This document shows positions 1-10,593 of a stretch of DNA of 64,000 bases, piece after piece (positions within the stretch are counted from its first letter, which is position 1; every line of letters begins with the position of its first letter). This DNA is from Escherichia coli (GTDB lineage Bacteria > Pseudomonadota > Gammaproteobacteria > Enterobacterales > Enterobacteriaceae). The stretch is taken from assembly GCF_003790525.1 (NCBI RefSeq), contig NZ_CP033635.1, one strand, 5' to 3'. Under the pieces are notes generated by a model that saw nothing but the letters and a program-made list of their open reading frames with translations, was not told the origin of the DNA and did no database searches. The position numbers and the translations under genes are program-made.

Positions 1-87
1 CCTACGCAACAATAATCCACTTAGCCATTTCATGTTGGAGAGTGTGCGATGCTGCGACCCGAACATGGCAGTCGCAGCAAAGGCCTC

Positions 88-1098
88 TTAGCGGCGGAAA
101 TCAATCACCATACGGCCACGGATTTTGCCTTCTTCCATCTCAGTAAAGATTGTGTTGATGTCCGCTAACGGACGCAGGGCGACCTTCGGTACCACTTTGC
201 CTTCGGCGGCAAACTGGAAGGCTTCAGTTAAATCCTGGCGCGTGCCGACCAGCGAACCGACCACTTCAATACCATCCAGCACAAGGCGTGGGATATCCAG
301 GCTCATAGACTCCGGCGGCAGACCGACTGCCACAACACGCCCGCCTGCACGGACAGCATCAACTGCCGAGTTAAACGCAGCTTTAGCTACCGCTGTCACC
401 ACCGCAGCGTGAGCGCCACCGGTTTTTTCCTGCACAATTTTGGCGGCGTCTTCGGTGCGTGAGTTAATCGCTAAATCAGCGCCCATTTCGGTTGCCAGTT
501 TTAACTGCTCATCATTGACATCAATGGCGATCACTTTGGCGTTAAAGACATTCTTCGCGTATTGCAGGGCGAGGTTACCCAGACCGCCAAGACCGTAGAT
601 AGCAATCCACTGCCCTGGACGAATTTTTGACAGCTTAACGGCTTTGTAGGTGGTGACCCCCGCACAGGTAATGCTGCTGGCCGCCGCCGAGTCCAGGCCA
701 TCCGGCACTTTAACCGCGTAATCGGCGACCACGATGCATTCTTCAGCCATCCCGCCATCAACGCTGTATCCGGCATTTTTTACTGAACGGCAGAGCGTTT
801 CGTTACCACTGTTACAGTATTCGCAATGACCGCATCCTTCATAGAACCACGCCACGCTGGCACGATCGCCTGGTTTTAATGAAGTGACACCTGGGCCAAC
901 TTCTGCCACCACACCAATACCTTCGTGTCCCAGAATCACGCCGGTTTTGTCACCAAAATCGCCATTCTTAACATGAAGATCGGTATGACATACACCACAA
1001 CACTCCATTTTCAGCAGGGCTTCGCCATGTTTCAGTGAGCGCAGTGTTTTATCCGTAACGTCAACATGATGATCCTTCGTAACAACTGCAGCCTTCAT
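88..1098 (-). CDS. adhP: Zn-dependent alcohol dehydrogenase (propanol-preferring), AdhP
   Basis: ORF 88..1128 trimmed to the internal ATG giving N-terminus [14 protein letters not shown] (336 aa); GGAGG-type RBS just upstream of 1098; GHEGIG and Cys/His zinc-ligand motifs present. Confidence 0.93.
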   Translation of the reverse strand: MKAAVVTKDHHVDVTDKTLRSLKHGEALLKMECCGVCHTDLHVKNGDFGDKTGVILGHEGIGVVAEVGPGVTSLKPGDRASVAWFYEGCGHCEYCNSGNETLCRSVKNAGYSVDGGMAEECIVVADYAVKVPDGLDSAAASSITCAGVTTYKAVKLSKIRPGQWIAIYGLGGLGNLALQYAKNVFNAKVIAIDVNDEQLKLATEMGADLAINSRTEDAAKIVQEKTGGAHAAVVTAVAKAAFNSAVDAVRAGGRVVAVGLPPESMSLDIPRLVLDGIEVVGSLVGTRQDLTEAFQFAAEGKVVPKVALRPLADINTIFTEMEEGKIRGRMVIDFRR

Positions 1099-1231
1099 AG
1101 TTCCTCCTTTTCGGATGATGTTCTGCATAGCAGGTGAGGCAAATGAGATTTATTCGCCACTACCCAGTATGGATGAGATCTGAAAAAGGGAGAGGGAAAT
1201 TGCCCGGTAGCCTTCACTACCGGGCGCAGGC

Positions 1232-2929
1232 TTAGATGGAGGTACGGCGGTAGTCGCGGTATTCGGCTTGCCAGAAATTATCATCAATGGCCTGTTGCAG
1301 AGCTTCGGCGGAGGTTTTCACCGCCACGCCTTGCTGCTGCGCCATTTTGCCAACCGCAAACGCAATTGCGCGGGAGACTTTCTGTATATCTTTCAGTTCC
1401 GGTAGTACCAGACCTTCGCCGTTCAGGACCAGCGGCGAATACTGAGCAAGCGTTTCACTTGCCGACATCAGCATTTCATCGGTGATACGTGACGCGCCGG
1501 AAGCAATAACACCCAGCCCGATGCCCGGGAAAATAAAGGCGTTATTACACTGGGCGATAGGGTAGATTTTATCTTTCCATACCACTGGATTAAATGGACT
1601 GCCAGTGGCGACCAGCGCGTTACCTTCAGTCCAGGCGATAATGTCCTGCGGTGTTGCTTCGACGCGTGAAGTCGGGTTAGACAGCGGCATCACGATCGGA
1701 CGCGGACAGTGTTTATGCATCTCACGGATGATCTCTTCCGTAAACAGCCCGGTCTGTCCTGAGACGCCAATCAGAATATCTGGTTTTACATTGCGCACCA
1801 CATCCAGCAGTGACAGCACATCGCTGTCGGTATCCCAGTCACTGAGGTTTTCGCGTTTCTGCACCAGTTTGGTCTGGAAAGGCAGCAGGTTCGGCATCTT
1901 GTCGGTCAGCAGGCCAAAGCGATCGACCATAAAGACTTTCTGCCGCGCCGTTTCCTCGCTTAATCCTTCACGCTGAGTCTGGGCAATGATCATTTCGGCA
2001 ATCCCGCACCCCGCAGAGCCTGCGCCGAGGAAGACAATCTTTTTCTCGCTCAGTTGACCACCCGCCGCGCGGCTGGCTGCGATCAGTGTGCCGACCGTTA
2101 CCGCCGCGGTGCCCTGAATGTCATCGTTAAAAGAACAAATTTCATTGCGATAGCGGTTAAGTAACGGCATCGCATTTTTTTGTGCGAAGTCTTCAAACTG
2201 CAACAGTACGTCCGGCCAGCGTTGTTTCACAGCCTGGATAAATTCATCAACGAATTCATAGTATTCGTCGTCAGTGATACGCGGATTACGCCAGCCCATA
2301 TACAGCGGATCGTTAAGCAGCTGTTGGTTGTTCGTCCCGACATCCAGCACCACCGGAAGGGTATACGCCGGGCTGATGCCGCCACAGGCGGTATAGAGTG
2401 ACAGTTTACCGATCGGAATGCCCATCCCTCCGATGCCCTGGTCACCAAGCCCCAGAATACGTTCGCCGTCAGTCACCACAATCACTTTGATATTATGGTT
2501 TGGTACGTTTTGCAGAATATCGTCCATATTGTGGCGGTTCTGGTAAGAGATAAACACACCGCGTGAACGGCGGTAGATCTCAGAAAAACGCTCACAGGCT
2601 GCGCCGACGGTTGGGGTGTAAATGACTGGCATCATCTCATCAAGATGATTGTTTACCAGACGGTAGAAGAGGGTTTCGTTAGTGTCCTGGATGTTACGCA
2701 GGTAGATGTGTTTGTCGATTTCGGTTTTGAATCCCTGATACTGGATCCATGCTCGTTCCGCTTGTTCTTCGATGGTTTCGACCACTTCCGGCAGTAACCC
2801 CAGCAGGTTGAAGTTACGGCGTTCTTCCATGCTGAAGGCGCTGCCTTTATTCAACAACGGAAATTCCAGCAATACAGGGCCAGCGTAAGGGATATAAAGC
2901 GAACGCTGTTTTTTTGTTTTTGGTTCCAT
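1232..2929 (-). CDS. maeA: NAD-dependent malic enzyme
   Basis: ORF 1232..2965 trimmed to ATG at 2927-2929 giving [18 protein letters not shown] (565 aa); malic enzyme family sequence throughout. Confidence 0.92.
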   Translation of the reverse strand: MEPKTKKQRSLYIPYAGPVLLEFPLLNKGSAFSMEERRNFNLLGLLPEVVETIEEQAERAWIQYQGFKTEIDKHIYLRNIQDTNETLFYRLVNNHLDEMMPVIYTPTVGAACERFSEIYRRSRGVFISYQNRHNMDDILQNVPNHNIKVIVVTDGERILGLGDQGIGGMGIPIGKLSLYTACGGISPAYTLPVVLDVGTNNQQLLNDPLYMGWRNPRITDDEYYEFVDEFIQAVKQRWPDVLLQFEDFAQKNAMPLLNRYRNEICSFNDDIQGTAAVTVGTLIAASRAAGGQLSEKKIVFLGAGSAGCGIAEMIIAQTQREGLSEETARQKVFMVDRFGLLTDKMPNLLPFQTKLVQKRENLSDWDTDSDVLSLLDVVRNVKPDILIGVSGQTGLFTEEIIREMHKHCPRPIVMPLSNPTSRVEATPQDIIAWTEGNALVATGSPFNPVVWKDKIYPIAQCNNAFIFPGIGLGVIASGASRITDEMLMSASETLAQYSPLVLNGEGLVLPELKDIQKVSRAIAFAVGKMAQQQGVAVKTSAEALQQAIDDNFWQAEYRDYRRTSI

Positions 2930-3019
2930 GTCACTCACTCTTTTTTGAATATCCATCCCTGGCACGCTTTTATCGTCTTTGCTTTACCGCCAGGGCGTCG
3001 GCCCCAAGTATAAAGCAGA

Positions 3020-3055
3020 TAAAAACAAAAACACCATTGCGCAGGCAATGGTGTT
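3020..3055 (-). terminator. Intrinsic terminator downstream of sra
   Basis: Perfect 11-bp stem aacaccattgc / gcaatggtgtt with 4-nt loop (3030..3055); on the minus strand it is followed by a T-rich run (complement of aaaaacaaaa at 3020..3029); lies about 30 bp past the sra stop. Confidence 0.7.
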
Positions 3056-3085
3056 TAATCGTCATTGAGGACTGATGGTTATGAA

Positions 3086-3223
3086 TTACTTTTCAGCGGG
3101 GCGTTTTCTGCCGGTTGGGTTATTTACCACGCTGGATTTGTCACCTTCAGTAACTATTTTGCGCTGGTTAGATATTTTATGGTCCAGTCCAAGAATATGA
3201 CGTGCCTGACGGTTCGATTTCAT
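3086..3223 (-). CDS. sra: Stationary-phase-induced ribosome-associated protein (30S subunit protein S22)
   Basis: 45-codon minus-strand ORF, below the 60-aa cutoff of the ORF track; translation begins MKSNR and ends PAEK, matching the recalled Sra sequence. The overlapping plus-strand ORF 3065..3271 is rejected. Confidence 0.8.
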
Positions 3224-3324
3224 TTTAACTCCTCAATCCTGTTGCTAGTTTTAAGGACAACATCGCCGTAGCGAAGAAACACGTGCTAAACCCCTAAATT
3301 AGGTTGCCGATCAAGCATAGCACC

Positions 3325-3540
3325 TTAAAGTGTAGGGTGCTGGCCACTGACCACATAATTGATCGTTTGCTGGTAGATATCACTGAGGATGTCGTTATCA
3401 GAAGCTTCCACCCATTTGGTCAGCTCCATGAGAATGTCATCTTCAGTGACAACACCGTGCTCTGCCCGAAGGCCTTGCTCAATGGCATTAACCAGAGCGG
3501 GTTCTGCTGTTGAATTTTCTGCCTGATAATAAGTAAACAT
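3325..3540 (-). CDS. bdm: Biofilm-dependent modulation protein
   Basis: ORF 3325..3603 trimmed to the internal ATG giving MFTYYQAENSTAEPALVNAIEQGL (71 aa). Confidence 0.85.
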   Translation of the reverse strand: MFTYYQAENSTAEPALVNAIEQGLRAEHGVVTEDDILMELTKWVEASDNDILSDIYQQTINYVVSGQHPTL

Positions 3541-3819
3541 AGTGATTCTCCGTGTCTGTGTATTTATGGTGTCTGCTACGGATCGCAGATTTATAAAGCA
3601 CATTCAGCATGGCAAATATTTGCCGCTTCGTTGTTAAGATTAGTCCTGGTTGATAATTTTTATATTTTAACCCCATGATATTGATAGGTATTATTATTGT
3701 GGTGAGTTGAATGATATTGATGCAATATCTCTTGATATATATATTCCCGGTAATCTATTGTGGGAATTTAATTTAAGTGCAGAAGTAATATTTTCGCCGG
3801 ATTTTATTCGGAATAACCT

Positions 3820-3860
3820 GCTTATCCTCGTGCGGTTTCTCACGTAGTCTATAATTTCCT
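3820..3860 (+). promoter_or_regulatory. osmC promoter (-10 element CTATAAT with C at -13, sigma-S-like)
   Basis: tCTATAATt at 3849..3856, about 30 bp upstream of the osmC ATG, in an AT-rich divergent bdm/osmC intergenic region; the osmC promoter is known to be osmotically and RpoS-regulated. The exact transcription start is not determined here. Confidence 0.5.
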
Positions 3861-3884
3861 TTTTAAGCCCACAGGAGAGCAACA

Positions 3885-4316
3885 ATGACAATCCATAAGA
3901 AAGGTCAGGCACACTGGGAAGGCGATATCAAACGCGGGAAGGGAACTGTATCCACCGAGAGCGGCGTGCTGAACCAACAGCCGTATGGATTTAACACGCG
4001 TTTTGAAGGCGAAAAAGGAACCAACCCTGAAGAACTGATTGGCGCAGCGCATGCCGCATGTTTCTCAATGGCGCTTTCATTAATGCTGGGGGAAGCGGGA
4101 TTCACGCCAACATCGATTGATACCACCGCCGATGTGTCGCTGGATAAAGTGGATGCCGGTTTTGCGATTACTAAAATCGCACTGAAAAGCGAAGTTGCGG
4201 TGCCGGGTATTGATGCCTCTACTTTTGACGGCATTATCCAGAAAGCAAAAGCAGGATGCCCGGTTTCTCAGGTACTGAAAGCTGAAATTACGCTTGATTA
4301 CCAGTTGAAATCATAA
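3885..4316 (+). CDS. osmC: Osmotically inducible peroxiredoxin OsmC
   Basis: 143-aa ORF MTIHKKGQAHWEGDIKRGKG...; OsmC/Ohr family with conserved Cys pair (AACFSM ... AGCPVSQ); SD-like GGAGAG before the ATG. Confidence 0.95.
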   Translation: MTIHKKGQAHWEGDIKRGKGTVSTESGVLNQQPYGFNTRFEGEKGTNPEELIGAAHAACFSMALSLMLGEAGFTPTSIDTTADVSLDKVDAGFAITKIALKSEVAVPGIDASTFDGIIQKAKAGCPVSQVLKAEITLDYQLKS

Positions 4317-4371
4317 AGCGTTGCCGTATGACGCGTCAGGCGCGTGATTGCCTGATGCGTTGTTAGCGTCT

Positions 4372-5298
4372 CTACAGCGCCCGCCAGCACCGGATCTCAC
4401 GTCCGTCCTCCCTTATTGTTAATGATTGCCGGACTTCACACCCGTGGGTTGCCAGAGGGCAACGTTCGCAGAAAAAACAGCCTTGTGGCAACGTGCGGTT
4501 TCCTGGTAGATCCGTTTTACGTAATGCCCATTCTTCCTCCAGCGGTTTATCAATGGCGGGGAGGGAATCCAGCAATAATCGGGTGTATGGATGTGCCGGA
4601 GCTGTCAGCACCTGTTGCGCGTCTCCTAATTCCACAATCTGTCCGAGATACATCACCGCCACCCGATCGCTCATATGACGTATCACGGAGACATTGTGTG
4701 AAATCAGCACATAAGTCAGCTCGCGATTTTCCTGTAGCGTTACCAGTAAATTGAGGATCTGCGCCTGCACGGAGATATCCAGCGCCGAGGTTGGTTCATC
4801 AAGCACAATCACGTCAGGCTGCGAAGAGAGTGCTCTGGCAATGGCGATACGTTGCCGCTGCCCGCCTGAGAACGCATGAGGCAAGCGATCGAGATACTCC
4901 GGACGAATACCCACCTGCACAGCCAGCTCCTCTGCCAACGCTCGCCGCTGTTGTTCACTACTACGCTTAGCAATCCAGAGCGGTTCCGTGATGATGCGCC
5001 ACACCGGTAAGCGCGGATTAAGCGAAGAGAGCGGGTCCTGAAACACCATCTGCATAATGCGTTGTGATCCTGAACGGATGTACTGCCCGTGGCTCGGTTG
5101 CAGCATACCCATTAAAAGCTGTGCGAGGGTGCTTTTGCCGCAGCCTGACTCACCGACGATCCCTAAGGTTTCACCACGACGGATCTGTAAATCAATACCA
5201 TTGATGGCATGAACATGTTCCGTAGTTTTACCAAGCCAGTTTTTTCGGGCAGGGAAATTGATATGGACGTCGCGTAACGTTAATAACGTATCAGACAC
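4372..5298 (-). CDS. ddpF: D,D-dipeptide ABC transporter ATP-binding protein DdpF
   Basis: ORF 4372..5352 trimmed to GTG at 5296-5298 (308 aa, overlaps the ddpD stop by 8 nt); Walker A GESGCGKST, ABC signature FSGGQRQR, Walker B VIVLDEPTS. Confidence 0.85.
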   Translation of the reverse strand: MSDTLLTLRDVHINFPARKNWLGKTTEHVHAINGIDLQIRRGETLGIVGESGCGKSTLAQLLMGMLQPSHGQYIRSGSQRIMQMVFQDPLSSLNPRLPVWRIITEPLWIAKRSSEQQRRALAEELAVQVGIRPEYLDRLPHAFSGGQRQRIAIARALSSQPDVIVLDEPTSALDISVQAQILNLLVTLQENRELTYVLISHNVSVIRHMSDRVAVMYLGQIVELGDAQQVLTAPAHPYTRLLLDSLPAIDKPLEEEWALRKTDLPGNRTLPQGCFFCERCPLATHGCEVRQSLTIREDGREIRCWRAL

Positions 5299-6277
5299 TA
5301 ATGACCTCCTGCTGCGGATACCAACAGGCGCAGCGGTGGTTGTTGTCACCACACGCTGTCAGCGCCGGGACGTTTTCACACTGTGTACCTGCCGCATAGC
5401 AACGATCGCGAAAAGCGCAGCCGTCAGGCAAATGGGTGAGGTTTGGTACCGTCCCCGGAATAGCGGGTAATGGCTGGCGCGGTATTCCATGTTCCGGTGC
5501 GCATTGCAGCAAACCAATGGTATACGGATGCCGGGGATGATGGATAACGTCTGCCGTCACGCCGCTCTCAATCACGCTTCCGGCATACATCACGTAAACG
5601 CTATCGCACAGTTGCGACACCACGGCCATATCATGGCTGATGAACAGTACCGCAGTTCCACTGGCGCGGGCTTTATGTTTAAGCAGACGCAGTACCTGCA
5701 ACTGTACCGTGACGTCCAGCGCCGTAGTCGGTTCGTCGGCAATAATCAATTGCGGCTCGCAGGAGAATGCCAGCGCAATCATTACCCGCTGGCGCATACC
5801 ACCTGAAAGCTCAAACGGATAGCGCGACATAACTTCCACGGCATCCGGGATTTGCATCTCTTCCAGCAGGGCAATCGCTTTAGCTCTGGCTTCCCGACGA
5901 CTTATTGGTTGATGATGGCGGATCACGTCCATCATCTGAAGACCTATTCGACGTGTCGGATTGAGGGCGGTCATCGGTTCCTGAAAGATCATCGCCACTC
6001 GTGCGCCGCGCCACTGACGAAGCTGCTTTTCCCGAGCGTTAAGAACATCTTCTCCCAGCAGTGAAATATGTCCCCGATGTACGCAATAACTGCCCGTCGG
6101 TAGCAGACGCATAATCAACATTGCAGTGACTGATTTACCCGAGCCGGATTCTCCCACCAGACCGACAATTTCACCGCGGTTGATTTTCAATGACACATTG
6201 TTGAGCGCGTGAACGTCGCCGTTAAAACCGGGGAAACTCAAATGCAGTTGTTGAATGTCCAGAACGGGTTGAGTCAT
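5291..6277 (-). CDS. ddpD: D,D-dipeptide ABC transporter ATP-binding protein DdpD
   Basis: 328-aa ORF; Walker A GESGSGKS, signature LSGGMRQR; overlaps ddpC by 4 nt (translational coupling). Confidence 0.92.
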   Translation of the reverse strand: MTQPVLDIQQLHLSFPGFNGDVHALNNVSLKINRGEIVGLVGESGSGKSVTAMLIMRLLPTGSYCVHRGHISLLGEDVLNAREKQLRQWRGARVAMIFQEPMTALNPTRRIGLQMMDVIRHHQPISRREARAKAIALLEEMQIPDAVEVMSRYPFELSGGMRQRVMIALAFSCEPQLIIADEPTTALDVTVQLQVLRLLKHKARASGTAVLFISHDMAVVSQLCDSVYVMYAGSVIESGVTADVIHHPRHPYTIGLLQCAPEHGIPRQPLPAIPGTVPNLTHLPDGCAFRDRCYAAGTQCENVPALTACGDNNHRCACWYPQQEVISV

Positions 6278-7170
6278 GACTGCTTTCCTCCTGCTTTCGG
6301 GTCAAGCAGATCGCGAATACCATCGCCAAAGAGATTAAACCCGACGGCGGTAAGCAAAATCGCTGCCCCCGGAAATGCGCAATACCACCATTGATCGAGC
6401 ACATAGTTGCGACCATTCGCCACCATCGCCCCCCATTCAGCACTCGGTTGTTGAGCACCAAGGCCAATAAATCCCAACGTGGCGGCCATTAAAATCGCGC
6501 TACCGATATCCAGCGATGCCTGCACAATCAGCGGCGGCAGGGAGTTACGTAAAATATGCCAGTTGATCAGATGCCAACGCGACGCACCAAAGGTTTTCGC
6601 CGCCTGAACATAGGTATACTGGCGAACAACTAATGTTTGCCCCCGCGCCAGGCGCACATAAAAGGGAATTCGTACAATAGCAATCGCCAGCATGGCGTTA
6701 AACAAACTCGGCCCGAGAGCGGCTGCCAGTGCCATTGTCAGTACCAGCGAAGGAATCGACAGCATAATGTCCATGATGCGCATGATAATCGCGTCTGCGC
6801 GTCCGCCAAGCACACCGGATAGACACCCGAGTAGCGACCCCATCATACCTGCAATGGCGACCACCACTAATCCGGCGAGAATTGATTGCTGACTGCCGAC
6901 CAGTACGCGGCTGAACAGATCGCGTCCCACTTCATCGGTGCCAAACCAGTGCGCCGCAGAAGGCGGCAAAAGGCGGGCGGTTAAATCAATGGCGTTGGGA
7001 TCATGCGTCGCCAGCCACGGTGAAAAAATCATCATCAATAGCATTAATACAATGATGACTGCGCCGGTCACGGTGAGCGGGCTGCCTTTCAGCATCCATA
7101 CCAGTTTTGCACCGTTAAATCGCGTTTGTTTTGGTGGGCGCACGGCTGACGTTTCCTCGCTTAGCATCAT
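6274..7170 (-). CDS. ddpC: D,D-dipeptide ABC transporter permease DdpC
   Basis: 298-aa ORF, polytopic hydrophobic protein of the DppC/OppC permease family; 4-nt overlap with ddpB. Confidence 0.92.
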   Translation of the reverse strand: MMLSEETSAVRPPKQTRFNGAKLVWMLKGSPLTVTGAVIIVLMLLMMIFSPWLATHDPNAIDLTARLLPPSAAHWFGTDEVGRDLFSRVLVGSQQSILAGLVVVAIAGMMGSLLGCLSGVLGGRADAIIMRIMDIMLSIPSLVLTMALAAALGPSLFNAMLAIAIVRIPFYVRLARGQTLVVRQYTYVQAAKTFGASRWHLINWHILRNSLPPLIVQASLDIGSAILMAATLGFIGLGAQQPSAEWGAMVANGRNYVLDQWWYCAFPGAAILLTAVGFNLFGDGIRDLLDPKAGGKQS

Positions 7171-8189
7171 TCACCACCTCCACGTCCGATACGCGGATCA
7201 ATCCACAAATAGAGCAAATCCACCACCAGGTTCACCAGCACATAAGCAAACGAAACCACGACGGCAAAGCCCATCACTGCCGGGAAGTCGAGCGCCTGTA
7301 TTGATGTTACTACCCATGCACCCATTCCGGGCCAGGCAAAAACGGTTTCGGTGAGCACTGCGCCATACAACAAATCGCCCAGTGCCAGTCCCAATACGGT
7401 AATCGAGGGGATCAACGCATTGGGTAGCGCATAACATAAAACGATATACCAGCCGGGCAAGCCGCTGGCCCGGGCGGTACGAATGTAGTCTTCACTCAAT
7501 TGTTCCAGCATCGCTGAGCGGATCTGGCGGGCGACAATCCCCAGGTGAACGAACGCCAGCGTTAATGCCGGTAAGATAAGATGTTGCAACGCATTGAAGA
7601 AGACCTCACCGTTGCCTTCAAGCAGCGCATCGAGCAGATAAAAGCCGGTAACGTGCGTTGGTGGATCCAGCCAGTCATCAAGCCTTCCGCCGCCGGGAAG
7701 AATTTGCAGATGTCCATAAAACAGCACAATGACGCCCAGCCCAAGCCAGAACGCAGGTGTGGAGATTCCGGTAATGGCCATTATTCGCACCAGATGATCC
7801 AGCCAGCGATTTCGCCAGACTGCAGAGAGTATGCCCAGCGGGATGCCAATCAGAAGTGCCAGCAGCAGGGCACAAAAAGCCAGTTCCAGCGTCGCCGGGA
7901 AAAATATACGCAACTCTTCCAGCACCGGACGCCCGGTACGAATGGATGTTCCCAGATCACCCTGAAACAGATCGCTGACGTAGCGGTAAAACTGTACGTA
8001 CAGTGGCTGGTCCAGCCCCAGTTGCTGGCGAATATTTTCCACGATGGCATCGCTGGCGCGGTCGCCAGCCAGCAACCGCGCCGGATCGCCGGGGATAAGA
8101 TGCGAGATAATAAACGTAATTACGCAGACGCCCGCCACCACGAGCACCAGCCCCCAGCAGCGTTGGCGTAAAATGCTCCAGAAGGTCAC
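7167..8189 (-). CDS. ddpB: D,D-dipeptide ABC transporter permease DdpB
   Basis: 340-aa ORF, DppB/OppB-type permease; contiguous with ddpA and ddpC. Confidence 0.92.
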   Translation of the reverse strand: MTFWSILRQRCWGLVLVVAGVCVITFIISHLIPGDPARLLAGDRASDAIVENIRQQLGLDQPLYVQFYRYVSDLFQGDLGTSIRTGRPVLEELRIFFPATLELAFCALLLALLIGIPLGILSAVWRNRWLDHLVRIMAITGISTPAFWLGLGVIVLFYGHLQILPGGGRLDDWLDPPTHVTGFYLLDALLEGNGEVFFNALQHLILPALTLAFVHLGIVARQIRSAMLEQLSEDYIRTARASGLPGWYIVLCYALPNALIPSITVLGLALGDLLYGAVLTETVFAWPGMGAWVVTSIQALDFPAVMGFAVVVSFAYVLVNLVVDLLYLWIDPRIGRGGGE

Positions 8190-8190
8190 G

Positions 8191-9741
8191 TTATTTACTC
8201 ATGGTATTGATATTGAAGACCTGTTCCAGCATGGGATTGAACACAAAGCCTTTCACCTCTTTGTTCATCGCCAGTTGGTAGTTTTTCTGGAACAGATACA
8301 CATAAGCAGCGTCATCAATGACGATTTTCTGTGCCTGCTGGTAGTCCCGGGTACGCTGCGTCTGGTCGGTGGTCGCTAGCGCATTGCGCAGTAACTTATC
8401 GACCTCACTGTTTTCATAGAACGAGCGGTTACCCGGCAGACCTTTTTTGTCGGACTCAAACCAGTAATTCATAAACATATACGGGTCGGCAAAATCCGGA
8501 CTCCAGTTGCCAATCGCGATGTCGTAATCACCTTTACCCACTCTGTCGCGCATGGTGGCGTTCGCCAGCTTTTCCAGCTTCACATTGATGCCCAGCTTGT
8601 TGAGACTGGATTGTGTCGCCAGAGCAATAGGCTCCCAGTTCGGATCATTATCAGAATAGAGAAACGTCAGGCTGGTGGGTTTGCTCGTCACTTTATCCCA
8701 TTCGGCTTTGGCTTTCGTTTCGTCATGGTTGTATTGCATTGCCGTCGCATCGTATCCCCACATGCCTTCCGGAATCGGGCCGCGCATTTGTTTTCCGTTA
8801 CCACTCAGAATGCCGTTAACCATACCCTGATAATCGGTAGACCAGGAAATGGCCCGACGCAGATCCGCCTGATTAAGTGGCGCTTTGCTGTTATTCAGAT
8901 ACAGATAGGTGACGCGCAGTGACGGATACTCTGCCACATTGACTTTGTTTTCCTGCTTCAGTGCGTTGAGTTGATCCACCGGCAGCGCATCGGCAATGTC
9001 AATGTCGCCACGGGAGAGCTGCAGGCGACGGGAAGCACTTTCACCGATAATTTTTACCGATACCCGTTTGAAATTCGGTTTATTGCCGGGGTAATGCGGA
9101 TTTGGCACCAGAACTAATTGCTGACCTTTTTGCCAGCTTTTCAGCATAAACGGTCCGGAGCCAGCGGTATTTTGCGCGAGGAAACCACGGGCATCATCCG
9201 CCGCATGCTCCTTTAAGACCGCCGGATTGATAATGGATGCACCGTCATTCGCCAGCGTGTAGAGGAACGGTGCGAATGGCTGGCTAAGGGTAAACCTCAC
9301 TGTATGTTCGTCGGGAGCATCAATCTTTAAATCTTTGGGAAATGCTTCTGCTGGCCCCTGGCCGATTTTTAGTAACCGCTCAAAAGAGAGTTTTACTGCT
9401 TCGGCAGTGACAGGTGTGCCATCGGCAAATTTAGCGTCGTTTTTCAGGGTGAACGTCCACTCTTTTTGATCGTCAGACGCTTTCCAGCTACTTGCCAGAT
9501 CGCCTTCAACGTCGGTTGAGCCTTTATCACCGTCCGTTTTGTACTGAACCAGTCGCTGATAAGACGGGTAGGTCACTGTCCAGTCGTTATTATCAATTGT
9601 CACCGCTGGGTCGAGGGTTTGTGGGTCGGCAGCTTTACCGATCACCAGCATATCTTTCGGTACGGCGGCGTGCGCAACCGGCATTGTTGTGGCAAGGACG
9701 ATCGCGAGCAATGTAGGACGAAACAAAATCGATCTCTTCAT
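8191..9741 (-). CDS. ddpA: Periplasmic D,D-dipeptide-binding protein DdpA
   Basis: ORF 8191..9876 trimmed to ATG at 9739-9741 giving MKRSILFRPTLLAIVLATTMPVAHA (signal peptide, 516 aa); family 5 solute-binding protein. Confidence 0.9.
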   Translation of the reverse strand: MKRSILFRPTLLAIVLATTMPVAHAAVPKDMLVIGKAADPQTLDPAVTIDNNDWTVTYPSYQRLVQYKTDGDKGSTDVEGDLASSWKASDDQKEWTFTLKNDAKFADGTPVTAEAVKLSFERLLKIGQGPAEAFPKDLKIDAPDEHTVRFTLSQPFAPFLYTLANDGASIINPAVLKEHAADDARGFLAQNTAGSGPFMLKSWQKGQQLVLVPNPHYPGNKPNFKRVSVKIIGESASRRLQLSRGDIDIADALPVDQLNALKQENKVNVAEYPSLRVTYLYLNNSKAPLNQADLRRAISWSTDYQGMVNGILSGNGKQMRGPIPEGMWGYDATAMQYNHDETKAKAEWDKVTSKPTSLTFLYSDNDPNWEPIALATQSSLNKLGINVKLEKLANATMRDRVGKGDYDIAIGNWSPDFADPYMFMNYWFESDKKGLPGNRSFYENSEVDKLLRNALATTDQTQRTRDYQQAQKIVIDDAAYVYLFQKNYQLAMNKEVKGFVFNPMLEQVFNINTMSK

Positions 9742-9754
9742 GACAGTTTCCTGA

Positions 9755-10336
9755 TTAACTGGCGTGCTGTGTGCCAGGGGATATAAAACAGGTGAATTGA
9801 TCAGCGAGTAGTGGGTAACTCGCTGCCTGGGGTAATTCGAAGTGCCACCATTCGCTCGGGATACCGACAAAGCCACCGCCAGTCATAATCGCATTCAGCA
9901 ACAGCCGATTGCGCTGAGCGGCTGGCGGGACGGAAGGGTGATAAGCATGGGAACGTTCGTGCATTTCATCGAACTCTGCACCCATATCCAGTATGTTCCC
10001 GTGCTCATCACGAAGCGTCAGGTCGATCGCCGTGCCACGGCTGTGATTAGAACCGACCGCCACATCAACAACATATTGCGGGTCTGGGCAGGCTTGCCAC
10101 AACATCGCCTGTGCTTGTTGTGGGCGATACGCATCGTAAATCACCAGTTGTAAGCCTGACAGCTGGGCGATACTGATACTTTTCGCCAGCGCGGTAATCG
10201 CATCCTTGTGTAACAGACAACGCGCTTGCTGATAAATAGCTTTACCTGTGATGTTATCAGCGCAGGCGTATTTCAGTTCGATCTCCAGATCAGGGAAGGT
10301 CACGGCTAAATCAACCAGTTCGGTGGTATCCGACAT
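9755..10336 (-). CDS. ddpX: D-Ala-D-Ala dipeptidase (VanX homologue) DdpX
   Basis: 193-aa ORF MSDTTELVDLAVTFPDLEIELKYA...; zinc ligands of VanX-type peptidases (SNHSRG ... D ... H) recognisable. Confidence 0.93.
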   Translation of the reverse strand: MSDTTELVDLAVTFPDLEIELKYACADNITGKAIYQQARCLLHKDAITALAKSISIAQLSGLQLVIYDAYRPQQAQAMLWQACPDPQYVVDVAVGSNHSRGTAIDLTLRDEHGNILDMGAEFDEMHERSHAYHPSVPPAAQRNRLLLNAIMTGGGFVGIPSEWWHFELPQAASYPLLADQFTCFISPGTQHAS

Positions 10337-10593
10337 AAACGGTTCCTGTATAAGACAAAAATTGCTGCGCTTTCCGCTTATGCAGATCTCATGCCATGCC
10401 GGGATAAGCGCCAGAATGCTGGCTTAAAGTTATATTTTTTAACTTTTGATCAACATTTGTGCAGCGTAGTGCAGTTTTGGTGCAAGAGGGGAAGTTAAGG
10501 AAGGAATCTCCCGGAATCGTAGCTGAAATCACAGTATTTAAGTGACAGTGTCACGTTAAAAGAAAACCCGCGAGTGCGGGCGAGAGGAAAATG

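Noticed and set aside
51-78. Hairpin gctgcgac / gtcgcagc just past the adhP stop
   Set aside because: No U-tract on the minus strand, so not callable as the adhP terminator; left unannotated.
3065-3271. 68-aa plus-strand ORF in the maeA-bdm gap
   Set aside because: The minus strand here encodes the recognisable 45-aa Sra protein with its own terminator; the plus-strand frame is its shadow.
7581-8171. 196-aa plus-strand ORF inside ddpB
   Set aside because: Antisense shadow of a GC-rich, well-supported gene; Arg/Gln/Pro-rich low-complexity translation and no RBS.
10337-10593. Possible sigma-54 promoter and REP-like element upstream of ddpX
   Set aside because: The closest match (TGCACcaaaacTGCA on the minus strand) lacks the conserved GG/GC dinucleotides at correct spacing, and the REP-like palindrome (gccgggataagcgc) is a poor match to the REP consensus.
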